The notes: generated from the letters alone by a model not told the origin. A stretch of DNA of 64,000 nucleotides from a virus (IMGVR_UViG_3300042991_000632:27036-91035); one strand, 5' to 3'; positions 17,450 to 26,935 are shown, counted from the stretch's first letter. Made by a program: numbers and translations.

Positions 17450-18198
17450 TATTTCATTATTTCGTTTACATATGATTCTCTGTTAACCCATTTACGGGTC
17501 ATCATATCGAGCACATCCTCGAATTGGTTTATAAGTGCCAGTGCATGAGTACTTGCAATTATCTGGTTGCCGTTTTCTTTAACGGATTTCCGCATTTCTT
17601 TGCCAAGCCAGACCTGATTTTTAAGACTTAACGCAGTATCGGGTTCATCAAAGAATAATATGCCATCATGTGCTTTACTCAATAGATATTCAAGTATGGG
17701 TTTCATTGATTCGCCATGACTTTCTTCTTCTGCACCAAATAATTCAGCAGCCATTGGTATCATATTAGTTGGTGTTATCATTTGAGGGATGGCAACAATT
17801 GGATTATCTTTTTCTGCATCAAAGAATACAGAATTCTTAAACGAAATGTCGCCATCAACAATAAGTTCACCATGATAGTATTCTCTATGTGACTTAATGA
17901 AGTCTTCATCAGTTTTACAATCACTGAATATCCTTGCCAATTTGTCTGGTGCAGTTCCTGCATAGTTCTTAATTAAATGAAATAGGGTTGACTTGCCTGA
18001 ACCATTTTCACCCACAATGATATTCACGCCTTCATTAAATTCAATACACAAACCTTTCTTGAACAACTTAAACATCGTCCAAGGTTTTTTCTCTCTGGTG
18101 TAACGTGTAGGTTTATATGTTTTCGTACCCCAACGTTTCTGTTCTTCTTTCTCCAGAGACAGTTCGTAATTTTCTTTGAATGTGACTGACTTAATCAT
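17449..18198 (-). CDS. ABC-type (AAA_21-like) ATPase, 249 aa
   Basis: Walker A GENGSGKST, signature-like ESHGESM, Walker B ILFFDEPD, H-loop STHA. Confidence 0.75.
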   Translation of the reverse strand: MIKSVTFKENYELSLEKEEQKRWGTKTYKPTRYTREKKPWTMFKLFKKGLCIEFNEGVNIIVGENGSGKSTLFHLIKNYAGTAPDKLARIFSDCKTDEDFIKSHREYYHGELIVDGDISFKNSVFFDAEKDNPIVAIPQMITPTNMIPMAAELFGAEEESHGESMKPILEYLLSKAHDGILFFDEPDTALSLKNQVWLGKEMRKSVKENGNQIIASTHALALINQFEDVLDMMTRKWVNRESYVNEIMK

Positions 18199-18395
18199 TA
18201 GTTTCTTTTTGACTTGACCATATTCCTTCTATACACCTGAAATTCTTCATCAGGCATTTCAAGCAATCCTCTTTCATTAATTCTTTTTATTATTTCATCC
18301 TGTTGTAACGCCATTGGATGAACTTCATAAAGAATAAGCAAAATTGAATCTGCCATCCTTTTTTCTTCTTTGGTTTCGAAGTCTATTTTTCCCAC
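18198..18395 (-). CDS. hypothetical protein (65 aa)
   Basis: stop overlaps ATPase ATG (ATGA). Confidence 0.4.
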   Translation of the reverse strand: MGKIDFETKEEKRMADSILLILYEVHPMALQQDEIIKRINERGLLEMPDEEFQVYRRNMVKSKRN

Positions 18396-18411
18396 AACTT
18401 TTTAATTAAGA

Positions 18412-18696
18412 TTATATGCTATGTGTTTTTTGCAACTCTTTGCAATTTCTTAACCAATTCAGCAGGTCTTGGTTTCTTTGCCAATCTTCTTTCGGGTCGA
18501 AATCTGCTTTGACTAACCATAGATGCTGACAGACCTGACCTCTCTTGGTAAACTTAGCATAATGCTTTAAAAGTTTAACATTAAATTCTTTTGCAAGATT
18601 AACGGTTCGTTTTAATGTTGGATATTTAACAACAGCAGTTGCGGGAGAGTTATATTCACCTTTCATGTTGTCTGTTTTAATTTTATAATCTGACAA
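18412..18696 (-). CDS. hypothetical protein (94 aa)
   Basis: co-oriented packed ORF. Confidence 0.4.
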   Translation of the reverse strand: MSDYKIKTDNMKGEYNSPATAVVKYPTLKRTVNLAKEFNVKLLKHYAKFTKRGQVCQHLWLVKADFDPKEDWQRNQDLLNWLRNCKELQKTHSI

Positions 18697-19007
18697 ATTA
18701 ATTCCGTATTAGTTTTTCTCAGTTCATGAATTCTCATTTGTGTTGCTGAGAATTGTTTTTTTAATTTAGAATACATTTCCTCTTTCTTAACCGCTTCAAT
18801 ATCTTCATTAGTTAATTTCTGGTTGCCTTCTAACATCCTTATCTTTTCTTTAAGTTTATCGTTTTCTGCGTTAAGATAATCTATTTCTGCTTCCAGTTTG
18901 CCGACTTCCTTCCTGCTTTCTTTAAGTAAGATAAAGTCTGGTATTTTTTCCACCAGATGGTCTGGTGTACTTAAATCCACTTTTTGATTGATAGTTGTTT
19001 GAAACAT
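18663..19007 (-). CDS. coiled-coil protein (114 aa)
   Basis: heptad-like K/E/L-rich sequence. Confidence 0.45.
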   Translation of the reverse strand: MFQTTINQKVDLSTPDHLVEKIPDFILLKESRKEVGKLEAEIDYLNAENDKLKEKIRMLEGNQKLTNEDIEAVKKEEMYSKLKKQFSATQMRIHELRKTNTELICQIIKLKQTT

Positions 19008-19020
19008 GACTTAAATTATT

Positions 19021-19206
19021 TTATCCACAAATAGGACAAGACGGTTGACCACAATCGCAACCGTTTGATTGCCATTCAGATGCTTCCTGCAAAGATTTTC
19101 CAATTTTTCCCCTTATGAATTCTCTGTCTGCAAGGGTTAATTTGAATCCTCTTTTCTTGAGATATTCAATTACTTCCTCTGCTGTTACTGTTATTGGTGC
19201 TGCCAT
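19021..19206 (-). CDS. small Cys-rich protein (61 aa)
   Basis: C-terminal CDCGQPSCPICG. Confidence 0.35.
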   Translation of the reverse strand: MAAPITVTAEEVIEYLKKRGFKLTLADREFIRGKIGKSLQEASEWQSNGCDCGQPSCPICG

Positions 19207-19209
19207 AAT

Positions 19210-19482
19210 TTATTCTATTTTATCAACTTTTTCAAAGGTATAACAATTTTTCGGAATAACAAATGCTGTAAATACTTCACCCCAGCCATCTTCTGGCTGG
19301 TTATGTAACGCTTCCACAAAACTGCCATTGGCTATGCCCATTGGAACTGCATCATCACCTGAATAGATTGCATTAAGTTCATCAAGATATTTGCCCGATA
19401 CTTTACCGCATTTACAAGTTCTTGTTTCTTCCTGTTGCAGTCTGATTACATCCTGACAGTTTTTACAGAATAGTAGTTTCAT
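19210..19482 (-). CDS. zinc-ribbon protein (90 aa)
   Basis: CKNC...CKCG Cys pairs. Confidence 0.45.
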   Translation of the reverse strand: MKLLFCKNCQDVIRLQQEETRTCKCGKVSGKYLDELNAIYSGDDAVPMGIANGSFVEALHNQPEDGWGEVFTAFVIPKNCYTFEKVDKIE

Positions 19483-19818
19483 GTTTTATAGGCTTCATTA
19501 ATCAATATGATTTCTTCTCTGGTAAGTGGCACAATTTCATAACCAATCCCATCCTGCTCTCTCACCCAATCAAGGCATTCCACTAAAGTTCCAACATAGA
19601 CTTCATTACCTTCATCTTCGTGATAAGTCATATCAATTACCTTATGTGTTTTCATAATTTTTCTTATTTTATCTTATTTCCTTTTCTTCTAATCATTAAT
19701 CCGAATACTTGTGGTGCTGCATGTCCCAATGATATTTCAAAGTATTCACAGAAATTCCATATGCAGGATGCAATTAATGTAACAGGTGTTTCAAAATTCC
19801 AGATTATAAACATAATTA

Positions 19819-20139
19819 TCAGTATAAGTCTTCGCTGAATAGTTGTTTCAATGGTTCATTAACTTGTTTTGCTGTATATGCAATTTTTGCTCCTTCTTCT
19901 CTATTGACAAAACGATTTTTGTTTGTTAAGAAACCTTGTATTTCTTCTCCGGCTTCGTGTTGCATTCTACCAGTCAGTGCGATCATTTGATACAAACACT
20001 GCAAGTGACGATGTGCGGAAAAGACTATACCTTTGTCGCAATTAACCGGACGCAGGTGTGTACCGGGAAATTTCTCATAAACAAGTGGTAAGGTTCTATA
20101 CCAGATTGCTGCACAAATTATGTATTCGTCTTGTCTCAT
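19819..20139 (-). CDS. hypothetical protein (106 aa)
   Basis: co-oriented packed ORF. Confidence 0.45.
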   Translation of the reverse strand: MRQDEYIICAAIWYRTLPLVYEKFPGTHLRPVNCDKGIVFSAHRHLQCLYQMIALTGRMQHEAGEEIQGFLTNKNRFVNREEGAKIAYTAKQVNEPLKQLFSEDLY

Positions 20140-20370
20140 TCAATGATTGTTGTTCAATTTATTGTTAAGTTCTTCCATTACCTCTTCGATTTCTTTCCAA
20201 TCTGATTTACTAACGCATGAATTATTACCTGTCATAAGGAAATGATAAGTATTATACCTGTCTGCAAATCTTATCTGACCTAAGACTTCCTGCTGACCAT
20301 TGCTTGTAACGGTTATTGCATCGTCTTCTTTTACAAAGGTAAGATGTTTTGTTGTTTTATGAATAGTCAT
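20140..20370 (-). CDS. hypothetical protein (76 aa)
   Basis: co-oriented packed ORF. Confidence 0.4.
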   Translation of the reverse strand: MTIHKTTKHLTFVKEDDAITVTSNGQQEVLGQIRFADRYNTYHFLMTGNNSCVSKSDWKEIEEVMEELNNKLNNNH

Positions 20371-20376
20371 GATATG

Positions 20377-20610
20377 TTAATTTAAAAACATTGGCGATTT
20401 CTTTTTTCTCCATTCATTAATCCATTGCATAACTTCTTCATCCGTCATTTTATCAAGACCATAACTCTGAACCTTTTCAAATACCTCATCCTCAGTGACC
20501 GGACGATGAAATTCAGCTATAATTATAAGGAGAGCAACTTCACGTGGTTCGAGTTCATTAAATGAATTCATCAAGTTATCCATGTTGATTGAAAATTTCG
20601 GTACTTCCAT
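20377..20610 (-). CDS. hypothetical protein (77 aa)
   Basis: co-oriented ORF with promoter-like motif upstream. Confidence 0.4.
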   Translation of the reverse strand: MEVPKFSINMDNLMNSFNELEPREVALLIIIAEFHRPVTEDEVFEKVQSYGLDKMTDEEVMQWINEWRKKKSPMFLN

Positions 20611-20637
20611 GACTGTTAAATTAAATTACGTGTTAAA

Positions 20638-20670
20638 TATACGTAAAATATTTAAAAATATTGCAAAAAA
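20638..20670 (-). promoter_or_regulatory. promoter-like motif (minus strand: TTTTGCAATATTTTTAAATATTTTACGTATAT)
   Basis: recurring motif instance. Confidence 0.5.
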
Positions 20671-20689
20671 GAACATCTTTTTAATGCCC

Positions 20690-20893
20690 CTACTCTTTTT
20701 TTTCAAAAGTTTGACAATCTTTTATGTAACACCCGACAAATGATATGAACATATTCATTTTACAACCCAAGCCACCTTCATGATGTTTACATTCCGGGCA
20801 AATCCATCCATCCGGTCTTGATTGGTGTACAAGAACATCCGCAACCGTTACGAATTGTGGTGCATTGGTATAACTATTGGTATTACTATCCAT
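20690..20893 (-). CDS. small Cys-rich protein (67 aa)
   Basis: CPECKHHEGGLGC motif. Confidence 0.35.
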   Translation of the reverse strand: MDSNTNSYTNAPQFVTVADVLVHQSRPDGWICPECKHHEGGLGCKMNMFISFVGCYIKDCQTFEKKE

Positions 20894-21125
20894 TTTTTCT
20901 TTCTTCCATTAAATTATTAATAACCTCATACACATCTTCAAGACAGGTTTTATTCCAGACGGTTTCCGCTATCGGGAAAAAACAATATTGTCGCCATCTT
21001 GAGAACCATTTGATCTCTGCAATAACCTCATGATGATGAATATTGACAACATCAATAACTTTTGTCTTACCCTTAACACAACTGACTGTGAATAAAAGGT
21101 ATTTGGTTTCTTTAATTACTTCCAT
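20886..21125 (-). CDS. hypothetical protein (79 aa)
   Basis: co-oriented packed ORF. Confidence 0.4.
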   Translation of the reverse strand: MEVIKETKYLLFTVSCVKGKTKVIDVVNIHHHEVIAEIKWFSRWRQYCFFPIAETVWNKTCLEDVYEVINNLMEERKNG

Positions 21126-21294
21126 AGTTCATCACCAGTTTTAATTTTCATTTTCTTTTCATAAAGATGATAAAAAGAATTTATTTTAATCCTTCTTTTA
21201 TTAATCTTACCACAGACTTTACAGAATTTATTTGGTTTGTCGTGAACACACACAACTTTTTCCAAAACTGGATCATATGTTACATAGACATACA

Positions 21295-21990
21295 TTATAT
21301 CAATTTTTTAAGTTTCTCAAACAACTCTTCATTATTCTTAATATTATCATTTATTCTAATCATCCTACATTTTAATTTATCTTCAATTATTTTTTGCCGT
21401 TTAATATCTTTAGTTCGTAATTTCCCATCAATTCCATAGTGATGATTTTCATCAATTTCAATTGCAATATTTAAATTGGGAAGATATCCATCGACAGCAT
21501 ACCCGCCAATACGATATTGACGTAAAATTGTAAATCCAAAATATTTTTCAATCACATCTAATATGCGTGTTTCGTTTTTTCCTATTTTAACACAACCCCT
21601 TTCATAAAAAAAATTTAATTGTCGCACTCTTTTTCTCTCACTAACACTTGGTATATGTGCAGGATTATTTAATTTCATTCGTTTACTCTGTCCGGGATTT
21701 TTCTTATTTTTCCAATAATTTGGATTATTTTCTTTTGTCAATTTTCCTCTTCTATTTTCAGAAATTAATTTTTTTACTTCTGGTCGTTTTGCTGGATTTG
21801 TATCACCAACTTTACCTACTCTAATTTTTTCAGATATTTCATTTGCCTTTTCATTTCCAAACCTTTCGACATATGATTTCCCCCTGAATTTAGATGGTTT
21901 ACCTAATGTGGGTTTATTATGTCCATTGATATAAGTATTTCCGAACTTAACTATTTTGTTACAACCACATGCACAATATTTAATTTCCAT
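21295..21990 (-). CDS. homing-endonuclease-like protein (NUMOD3-type repeats + DUF559/Vsr-like PD-(D/E)xK C-terminal domain)
   Basis: repeated (K/N)NP..(K/R)..K DNA-binding motifs (TNPAKRPEVKK, ENNPNYWKNKKNP, LNNPAHIPSVSERKR) and C-terminal GGYAVDGYLPNLNIAIEIDENHH. Confidence 0.55.
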   Translation of the reverse strand: MEIKYCACGCNKIVKFGNTYINGHNKPTLGKPSKFRGKSYVERFGNEKANEISEKIRVGKVGDTNPAKRPEVKKLISENRRGKLTKENNPNYWKNKKNPGQSKRMKLNNPAHIPSVSERKRVRQLNFFYERGCVKIGKNETRILDVIEKYFGFTILRQYRIGGYAVDGYLPNLNIAIEIDENHHYGIDGKLRTKDIKRQKIIEDKLKCRMIRINDNIKNNEELFEKLKKLI

Positions 21991-22439
21991 TAAATTAACT
22001 TTAATAATTTTTCTTTTAATTCTTCAAAAGAATAGCAAATATCACCACCATTTTCTTTTGAAAAAATGTGCATTATATCCCAACGTTCAGGCTCTTCATG
22101 AAATAATATAAAACATGGCTTTCCTTTACCAATAAGATAACCAAGTTCCATGTGACCAGACTTTCCTGCTGGCATAACGAGTATGCCAATATTTGCTCTG
22201 TCGATATGAAACTTATCGAATTCGAAAATATGTTTAGCAGCATAATTATTCAACGCTTGCTGATGTGTACTTCCTCTAACTTTCTCGAAATTGCGCCAGA
22301 AGTCATCGGCTTCAGGACCGGGACTGAACCAATCATCAAATACTTCAAATGACTCGCTTAGTCCTCTTATTTCTTTTGCAATGTGTGGAATCTTTTCGTT
22401 TTTCAGACTCCCAATCATATAAATTACTTTCTTTTCCAT
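21990..22439 (-). CDS. nucleoside 2-deoxyribosyltransferase-like protein
   Basis: N-terminal IYMIGS and C-terminal MPAGKSGHMELGYLIGKGKPCFIL resemble the NDT Rossmann-like family (catalytic Glu in ELGY context). Confidence 0.5.
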   Translation of the reverse strand: MEKKVIYMIGSLKNEKIPHIAKEIRGLSESFEVFDDWFSPGPEADDFWRNFEKVRGSTHQQALNNYAAKHIFEFDKFHIDRANIGILVMPAGKSGHMELGYLIGKGKPCFILFHEEPERWDIMHIFSKENGGDICYSFEELKEKLLKLI

Positions 22440-22450
22440 ATCTATTTTTG

Positions 22451-22861
22451 TTATCTGCGAAATATTTTTATGCCATCAACTTCTTCAAGGCTGAAATCAC
22501 GTACCTTTTTTACTATGGCATCACCAAAAGCGTTTAATTTTTCGTAAAGTTCTTTTAATTTTTTCTCGTCATTACGATTATTACACATTTCTACCCACAT
22601 ATCAATAAGTTTCCAATTAAGGTCTGGATGATTAAGAGCATTGTTTTTCAACTTATGAAATTCATTATGCCAATATTCTACGTCATTACTGATACGTTTA
22701 ATATCCATATCCATTGGAAAGCATCTATCAGTAAGATGACCACCATGTTCGAAAAAACCATCAGTAACACCCATAATTTCATCATCTTCCATTCTTTTTA
22801 TCTGTTGCAATTTGAATTCGCAAAAGCACCAGTCACCTACTTTAAAATTTGTTTTATCCAT
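22451..22861 (-). CDS. hypothetical protein (136 aa)
   Basis: co-oriented packed ORF. Confidence 0.45.
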   Translation of the reverse strand: MDKTNFKVGDWCFCEFKLQQIKRMEDDEIMGVTDGFFEHGGHLTDRCFPMDMDIKRISNDVEYWHNEFHKLKNNALNHPDLNWKLIDMWVEMCNNRNDEKKLKELYEKLNAFGDAIVKKVRDFSLEEVDGIKIFRR

Positions 22862-22882
22862 AACGTATCCAATTTTATCTAT

Positions 22883-23092
22883 TTATATTAATGTTACTTT
22901 AACAACTCTTTCTGTTTCTCCTGTTTGTGGATTAACTGTAATAAGTCTTTCTGTTTTGACTTTCTTTTCATAATAACTGGCAATTGCTGTTATGTCTTTA
23001 TCTTGTTTGGGCGAATAAAAACATTTACCTTTCGTTAAATTAAGCAATGCTATACTTTCAATTGATCTCTGTTTAGTTCTTTTCATATTCAA
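22883..23092 (-). CDS. hypothetical protein (69 aa)
   Basis: co-oriented packed ORF. Confidence 0.35.
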   Translation of the reverse strand: MNMKRTKQRSIESIALLNLTKGKCFYSPKQDKDITAIASYYEKKVKTERLITVNPQTGETERVVKVTLI

Positions 23093-23359
23093 TTATAATT
23101 CAAAGGTAATAGAAAAATCTTGATCCATTGGTAAGTCAGCAATGATCTTAAATTTAAAATCCTGATAACCTTCTGCTTTACCAGTAAGTTTAAGCATTAT
23201 TGCTAATGCTAATTGAGCAGGTCCTGAACCACCGTACCCCCAATTGTAGCCATCGGGTGAATGATTATGATACTTTTGGCTTGGTTTGGAATCAAGTTTA
23301 TGACCATCAAGCCAAACATCTCTTGTTGATGTTTTTCCAATTAATGTATGTGTTACCAT
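23093..23359 (-). CDS. hypothetical protein (88 aa)
   Basis: co-oriented packed ORF. Confidence 0.4.
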   Translation of the reverse strand: MVTHTLIGKTSTRDVWLDGHKLDSKPSQKYHNHSPDGYNWGYGGSGPAQLALAIMLKLTGKAEGYQDFKFKIIADLPMDQDFSITFEL

Positions 23360-23364
23360 ATTAT

Positions 23365-23769
23365 TTATTCTTCGTATAAACTACAAACGCCAACGCAACG
23401 ACTCATTGGATTTTTTTCGTGACAACATTTATGTCTTCCTTGCGCAAAATCATAATGCTTACATTTGTCTACTGATTCTTTGTTTTCAATGAGATTAATT
23501 TCAGCATTAATTTCATCGAGAGTAAGTTTTTCATCAGGAACTTCACCCACAACTTCAACCGGATGAACCATAAGATTTTTCTGCACCATTGGGTCGGAAG
23601 TTCCGCCCCAAAACATTTCGCCACTACCAACGATAGTTGCTTCGATAGCACCTGCATTAGTACGATACTCTGATTTCAATGCGAGACATTTCTTATCCGG
23701 TGTCATGAACAGACTTCCGGGTTTAAGATTGTAGAGTTTGGTTTTTTTGGGACTTACAATTAGTTTCAT
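23365..23769 (-). CDS. hypothetical Cys-rich protein (~134 aa)
   Basis: start moved to ATG giving ATGA overlap with upstream stop; C-terminal CKHYDFAQGRHKCCHE...CVGVC. Confidence 0.45.
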   Translation of the reverse strand: MKLIVSPKKTKLYNLKPGSLFMTPDKKCLALKSEYRTNAGAIEATIVGSGEMFWGGTSDPMVQKNLMVHPVEVVGEVPDEKLTLDEINAEINLIENKESVDKCKHYDFAQGRHKCCHEKNPMSRCVGVCSLYEE

Positions 23770-24179
23770 ATTGGACATATTTTTTTTGGTGTGTGTTCTT
23801 TCCAGTAGATTGCAACTGCTATATAGCAATCGTTACAAATCCATTTATCTTTTGAGTAATCCTGAGAGTCATGTTCAACACACAAAAGTGTTATTGAAGG
23901 TTTTCCACAACAATTGCAAGGTTCACTACCTGCCGACCTTGCCGACATTACTTCTCTGTCATGATATGTTTCAGCAATTTTCTTTACGATTTCAGTCAAA
24001 TCTCTTTCAAGAAACTTAACTTTTTCGTATCCGCAGAAAACGCTTTGCAATGATTTTGCGTATTCTTCATCATCAGTAATGCCGATGATGTCGGTATCCA
24101 TGACACCTGTTTTTAGATCGAGTGTGCCACAATGATATCGCCTTATTACGAAATATTCTTTTTCCTTATTCATATCCAT
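23766..24179 (-). CDS. zinc-binding protein (137 aa)
   Basis: CNCCGKPS...CNDC Cys clusters. Confidence 0.45.
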   Translation of the reverse strand: MDMNKEKEYFVIRRYHCGTLDLKTGVMDTDIIGITDDEEYAKSLQSVFCGYEKVKFLERDLTEIVKKIAETYHDREVMSARSAGSEPCNCCGKPSITLLCVEHDSQDYSKDKWICNDCYIAVAIYWKEHTPKKICPI

Positions 24180-24358
24180 CTTTTTACGTTTTTATTTGTG
24201 ATTGCAGTGAATAATGCAACTGTTGTTGCTCCAAGCATTAGAAAGGTGAATGACATATCAAAAATCAAACACAAGATGCCACTTATAATTGCGGAAAATA
24301 TTACAACAAACAAGAATTTTCCTATTTTAGTATCAAAAACCCATTCAATTATTTTCAT
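24170..24358 (-). CDS. small membrane protein (62 aa, 2 TM)
   Basis: two hydrophobic helices. Confidence 0.4.
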   Translation of the reverse strand: MKIIEWVFDTKIGKFLFVVIFSAIISGILCLIFDMSFTFLMLGATTVALFTAITNKNVKRWI

Positions 24359-24364
24359 GATACA

Positions 24365-24565
24365 TTAATTTAACCATTCTATTGCAATCCATGATGAATA
24401 ACATCCACCTTCAAAGGGGATGTAATCCCAATATTCTTCCCATTCCGCATACTCCAACCAACGTCTTTCATTGTTAATGGTCTTAGGAAATAATAAGAAT
24501 TTTTTTCTGGTACGAAAATAAACATCGCCAACCTTATACATACCTTTAATTGCTTCTGTTTTCAT
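24365..24565 (-). CDS. hypothetical protein (66 aa)
   Basis: co-oriented packed ORF. Confidence 0.35.
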   Translation of the reverse strand: MKTEAIKGMYKVGDVYFRTRKKFLLFPKTINNERRWLEYAEWEEYWDYIPFEGGCYSSWIAIEWLN

Positions 24566-24819
24566 AATACTTTAAGTTTAAGTTCTTTAATTTCTCTTGC
24601 TTTCTTCTGTAATTCATCCAGACTGGTTGCAAGCAGTATTTCACTAAGACTGATACCGCTATCGCAACTATCATCAAGATACCTTCCAAGAAATGCAGCA
24701 CCATTTTCTGCAAGTTTGTGCATTTCGGGTGAGTTAGGATATAATTCCTTAACTTCGTTGATTAATTCCTGTGTATAAGCCATATTATTTCTTTTTAATT
24801 TTCTTAAATTTTCGTTCAA
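24562..24819 (-). CDS. hypothetical protein (85 aa)
   Basis: co-oriented; ATGA overlap. Confidence 0.4.
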   Translation of the reverse strand: MNENLRKLKRNNMAYTQELINEVKELYPNSPEMHKLAENGAAFLGRYLDDSCDSGISLSEILLATSLDELQKKAREIKELKLKVL

Positions 24820-25225
24820 TCCAACCTATTGGATTATTGGTAACTATATGCATTTTATCAATTAATACTGATGTGAATCCATTGTATTCTCTTTCCAGAT
24901 ATGTTTTAGCGTTTGGGATGAATTTAGTGTGAGCATTCTTTTCAATTTCAGTGTATGGTCTTTCCTCTGCACCAAATCTACCAAACATTTCTCCGACAAT
25001 AATCATTTCTTCACCGATCTCATTACAGACGTTCTGAAGTTTATCACTATCAAGTGTAATATCCAGATCACCATACCAGACTTTATTTTTGGTTGGAGTA
25101 AAGATGTTTGCGTTGAACAGCACATCATTTTTAGGATATTTCTGGCGATAAGTTGATTTTGAACCACTTATCATTCGTGCGAGATAAAATCCATGTTTTT
25201 CAAAAACATCGTAAACTTCATTCAT
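24785..25225 (-). CDS. hypothetical protein (146 aa)
   Basis: co-oriented packed ORF. Confidence 0.45.
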   Translation of the reverse strand: MNEVYDVFEKHGFYLARMISGSKSTYRQKYPKNDVLFNANIFTPTKNKVWYGDLDITLDSDKLQNVCNEIGEEMIIVGEMFGRFGAEERPYTEIEKNAHTKFIPNAKTYLEREYNGFTSVLIDKMHIVTNNPIGWIERKFKKIKKK

Positions 25226-25230
25226 ATTAT

Positions 25231-25446
25231 TTAGAATTTAATTCCTTCAAACGGGTCATAGCATGCAATACTCCAATCAAGCAAGAGTTCTTTCCTGACT
25301 CTTTTCTTTTTCTTTCTGGGATAATTTTTACTGTTTTCCCATTCCTTGCGGATTCTGTCTTTCCATTCTTCCATGTTAGATTGCATGTTGGCATAGTGAC
25401 CCATCCCAAACATCAACAATGCTCCTGTTCCAACACCTATACTCAT
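25231..25446 (-). CDS. hypothetical protein (71 aa)
   Basis: co-oriented packed ORF. Confidence 0.35.
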   Translation of the reverse strand: MSIGVGTGALLMFGMGHYANMQSNMEEWKDRIRKEWENSKNYPRKKKKRVRKELLLDWSIACYDPFEGIKF

Positions 25447-25448
25447 GG

Positions 25449-25676
25449 TTATTTTTTAAGAATCCTCAATGCTATGTCCAAACCTTTAAGTATTCCATCG
25501 ATATGGTGCAATTGCAACGCTCCCTGCACACGTTCAAGTGAAGACATACCTTTGGTGTCCTCTTCCAGTTGCTTCGCTTGTGCGTCACGATAAGCCTGAA
25601 CTTCTTTAATTTTTTCTTCCATTTGTGTTGTTGTTATGTTTTCCTTTTTCGTATTGAATGCCGAGATAAATTCCAA
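25449..25676 (-). CDS. hypothetical protein (75 aa)
   Basis: co-oriented packed ORF. Confidence 0.35.
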   Translation of the reverse strand: MEFISAFNTKKENITTTQMEEKIKEVQAYRDAQAKQLEEDTKGMSSLERVQGALQLHHIDGILKGLDIALRILKK

Positions 25677-25733
25677 TAAGCACCCCTACTATAAGACGCA
25701 AAAAATCAAATATTTCTGCTGAATTATTCTCCA

Positions 25734-26309
25734 TTAGCCAAACATTATAGCATAAGTTAACCCAATTCCACCCGCATAAAGGAACAAGAACAGTATCTTC
25801 ACCGCTTCATAACCATCCCAACGTACTGGTGTAACCAAAGTATAGGTTTTAGGTAGCCAGAATTTAATACCATTAGAATTATTTGATACCTTATACGTAG
25901 TAAAGGTTTTTCTATAAACACGAAATATGAAAACAGTAAATACTATAATGAAGATCAAGCCGAGAAATATTCTTACCATATCTTTACCCATGACTTTCCA
26001 TGCTACCATAACGAGTGTGAATTTACCGACATCAGTACTTCCGAATTTATCGGCAACGTCAACAACGGCAGTAAGACCTTCCTTAACGGCAGTTCCAATT
26101 TCACCACCAACACCAACCCATTTCCCATAGGTTTCAATTTTCTTTTCGAGTTCAGCATTTACCTGCTCCAATTTAATTTTAGCGAGTTGGTCGGGAGTCA
26201 GATCAGCAGCATTCACCGTAATCTTTTCAGACGGATAGGTTGTCTGTGCATTTGTGGCTTGGCAAATCATAAAGATTGCCATAATTGTAAGAATTAATAC
26301 TTTTTTCAT
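25734..26309 (-). CDS. secreted/membrane-anchored protein (191 aa)
   Basis: MKKVLILTIMAIFMICQATNAQ signal peptide; C-terminal hydrophobic helices. Confidence 0.5.
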   Translation of the reverse strand: MKKVLILTIMAIFMICQATNAQTTYPSEKITVNAADLTPDQLAKIKLEQVNAELEKKIETYGKWVGVGGEIGTAVKEGLTAVVDVADKFGSTDVGKFTLVMVAWKVMGKDMVRIFLGLIFIIVFTVFIFRVYRKTFTTYKVSNNSNGIKFWLPKTYTLVTPVRWDGYEAVKILFLFLYAGGIGLTYAIMFG

Positions 26310-26371
26310 TTCGATGATTTTATGTTAATAATAATTTTCATTATGCAATGATAATAATAATTTTCATATAA

Positions 26372-26403
26372 AACAAAAAAACCTCATATTTTTTTATGAG
26401 GTT
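26372..26403 (-). terminator. rho-independent terminator (minus strand)
   Basis: AACCTCAT-N8-ATGAGGTT hairpin flanked by A-run/T-run. Confidence 0.6.
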
Positions 26404-26431
26404 ATTAAAAATTATTACAAATGATCTCTTT

Positions 26432-26935
26432 TTAGAAGTTTATACCAATATCAATTGATGATTCCCATTTGAGAATATCCATTCTGAATGCAATTGATAT
26501 CCATTCCAATTTTGCACCAGCACCAAGTTCAAATGATATCGGTGCTAATACAATATCATTAACCGGATATGGAAAATATGATTCTCCGTAATGATGATAA
26601 TTTATTCCACACGATAAAAAAGCACCATCATTAAACCAATGACCAGTAATCATTCCACCAGCAGCAACTTTTACATAGTCTTTAATATATCCACCTTCGG
26701 GTGTATTATATTCTCCGAATGATGAAACGGATGTGTATGCTTGCCAATATCTATTGATTACCCTATCATAACGTAAACCCATGCCCATGCTTGTTGGTTC
26801 AATTAAAAAATATAAGGTGTTCTTTTTTTGTTTGTAACCAAAATCTTCCGGTTGGATTGCATCATAATAATTATACTGAGCATCAATAAATTGACACATC
26901 AGTAAAAATAAAATTGTGATTAATAATCTTTTCAT
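26432..26935 (-). CDS. small outer-membrane beta-barrel protein (porin-family-like, 167 aa)
   Basis: MKRLLITILFLLMCQFIDAQ signal peptide, alternating amphipathic strands, C-terminal ...IDIGINF (terminal Phe). Confidence 0.55.
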   Translation of the reverse strand: MKRLLITILFLLMCQFIDAQYNYYDAIQPEDFGYKQKKNTLYFLIEPTSMGMGLRYDRVINRYWQAYTSVSSFGEYNTPEGGYIKDYVKVAAGGMITGHWFNDGAFLSCGINYHHYGESYFPYPVNDIVLAPISFELGAGAKLEWISIAFRMDILKWESSIDIGINF

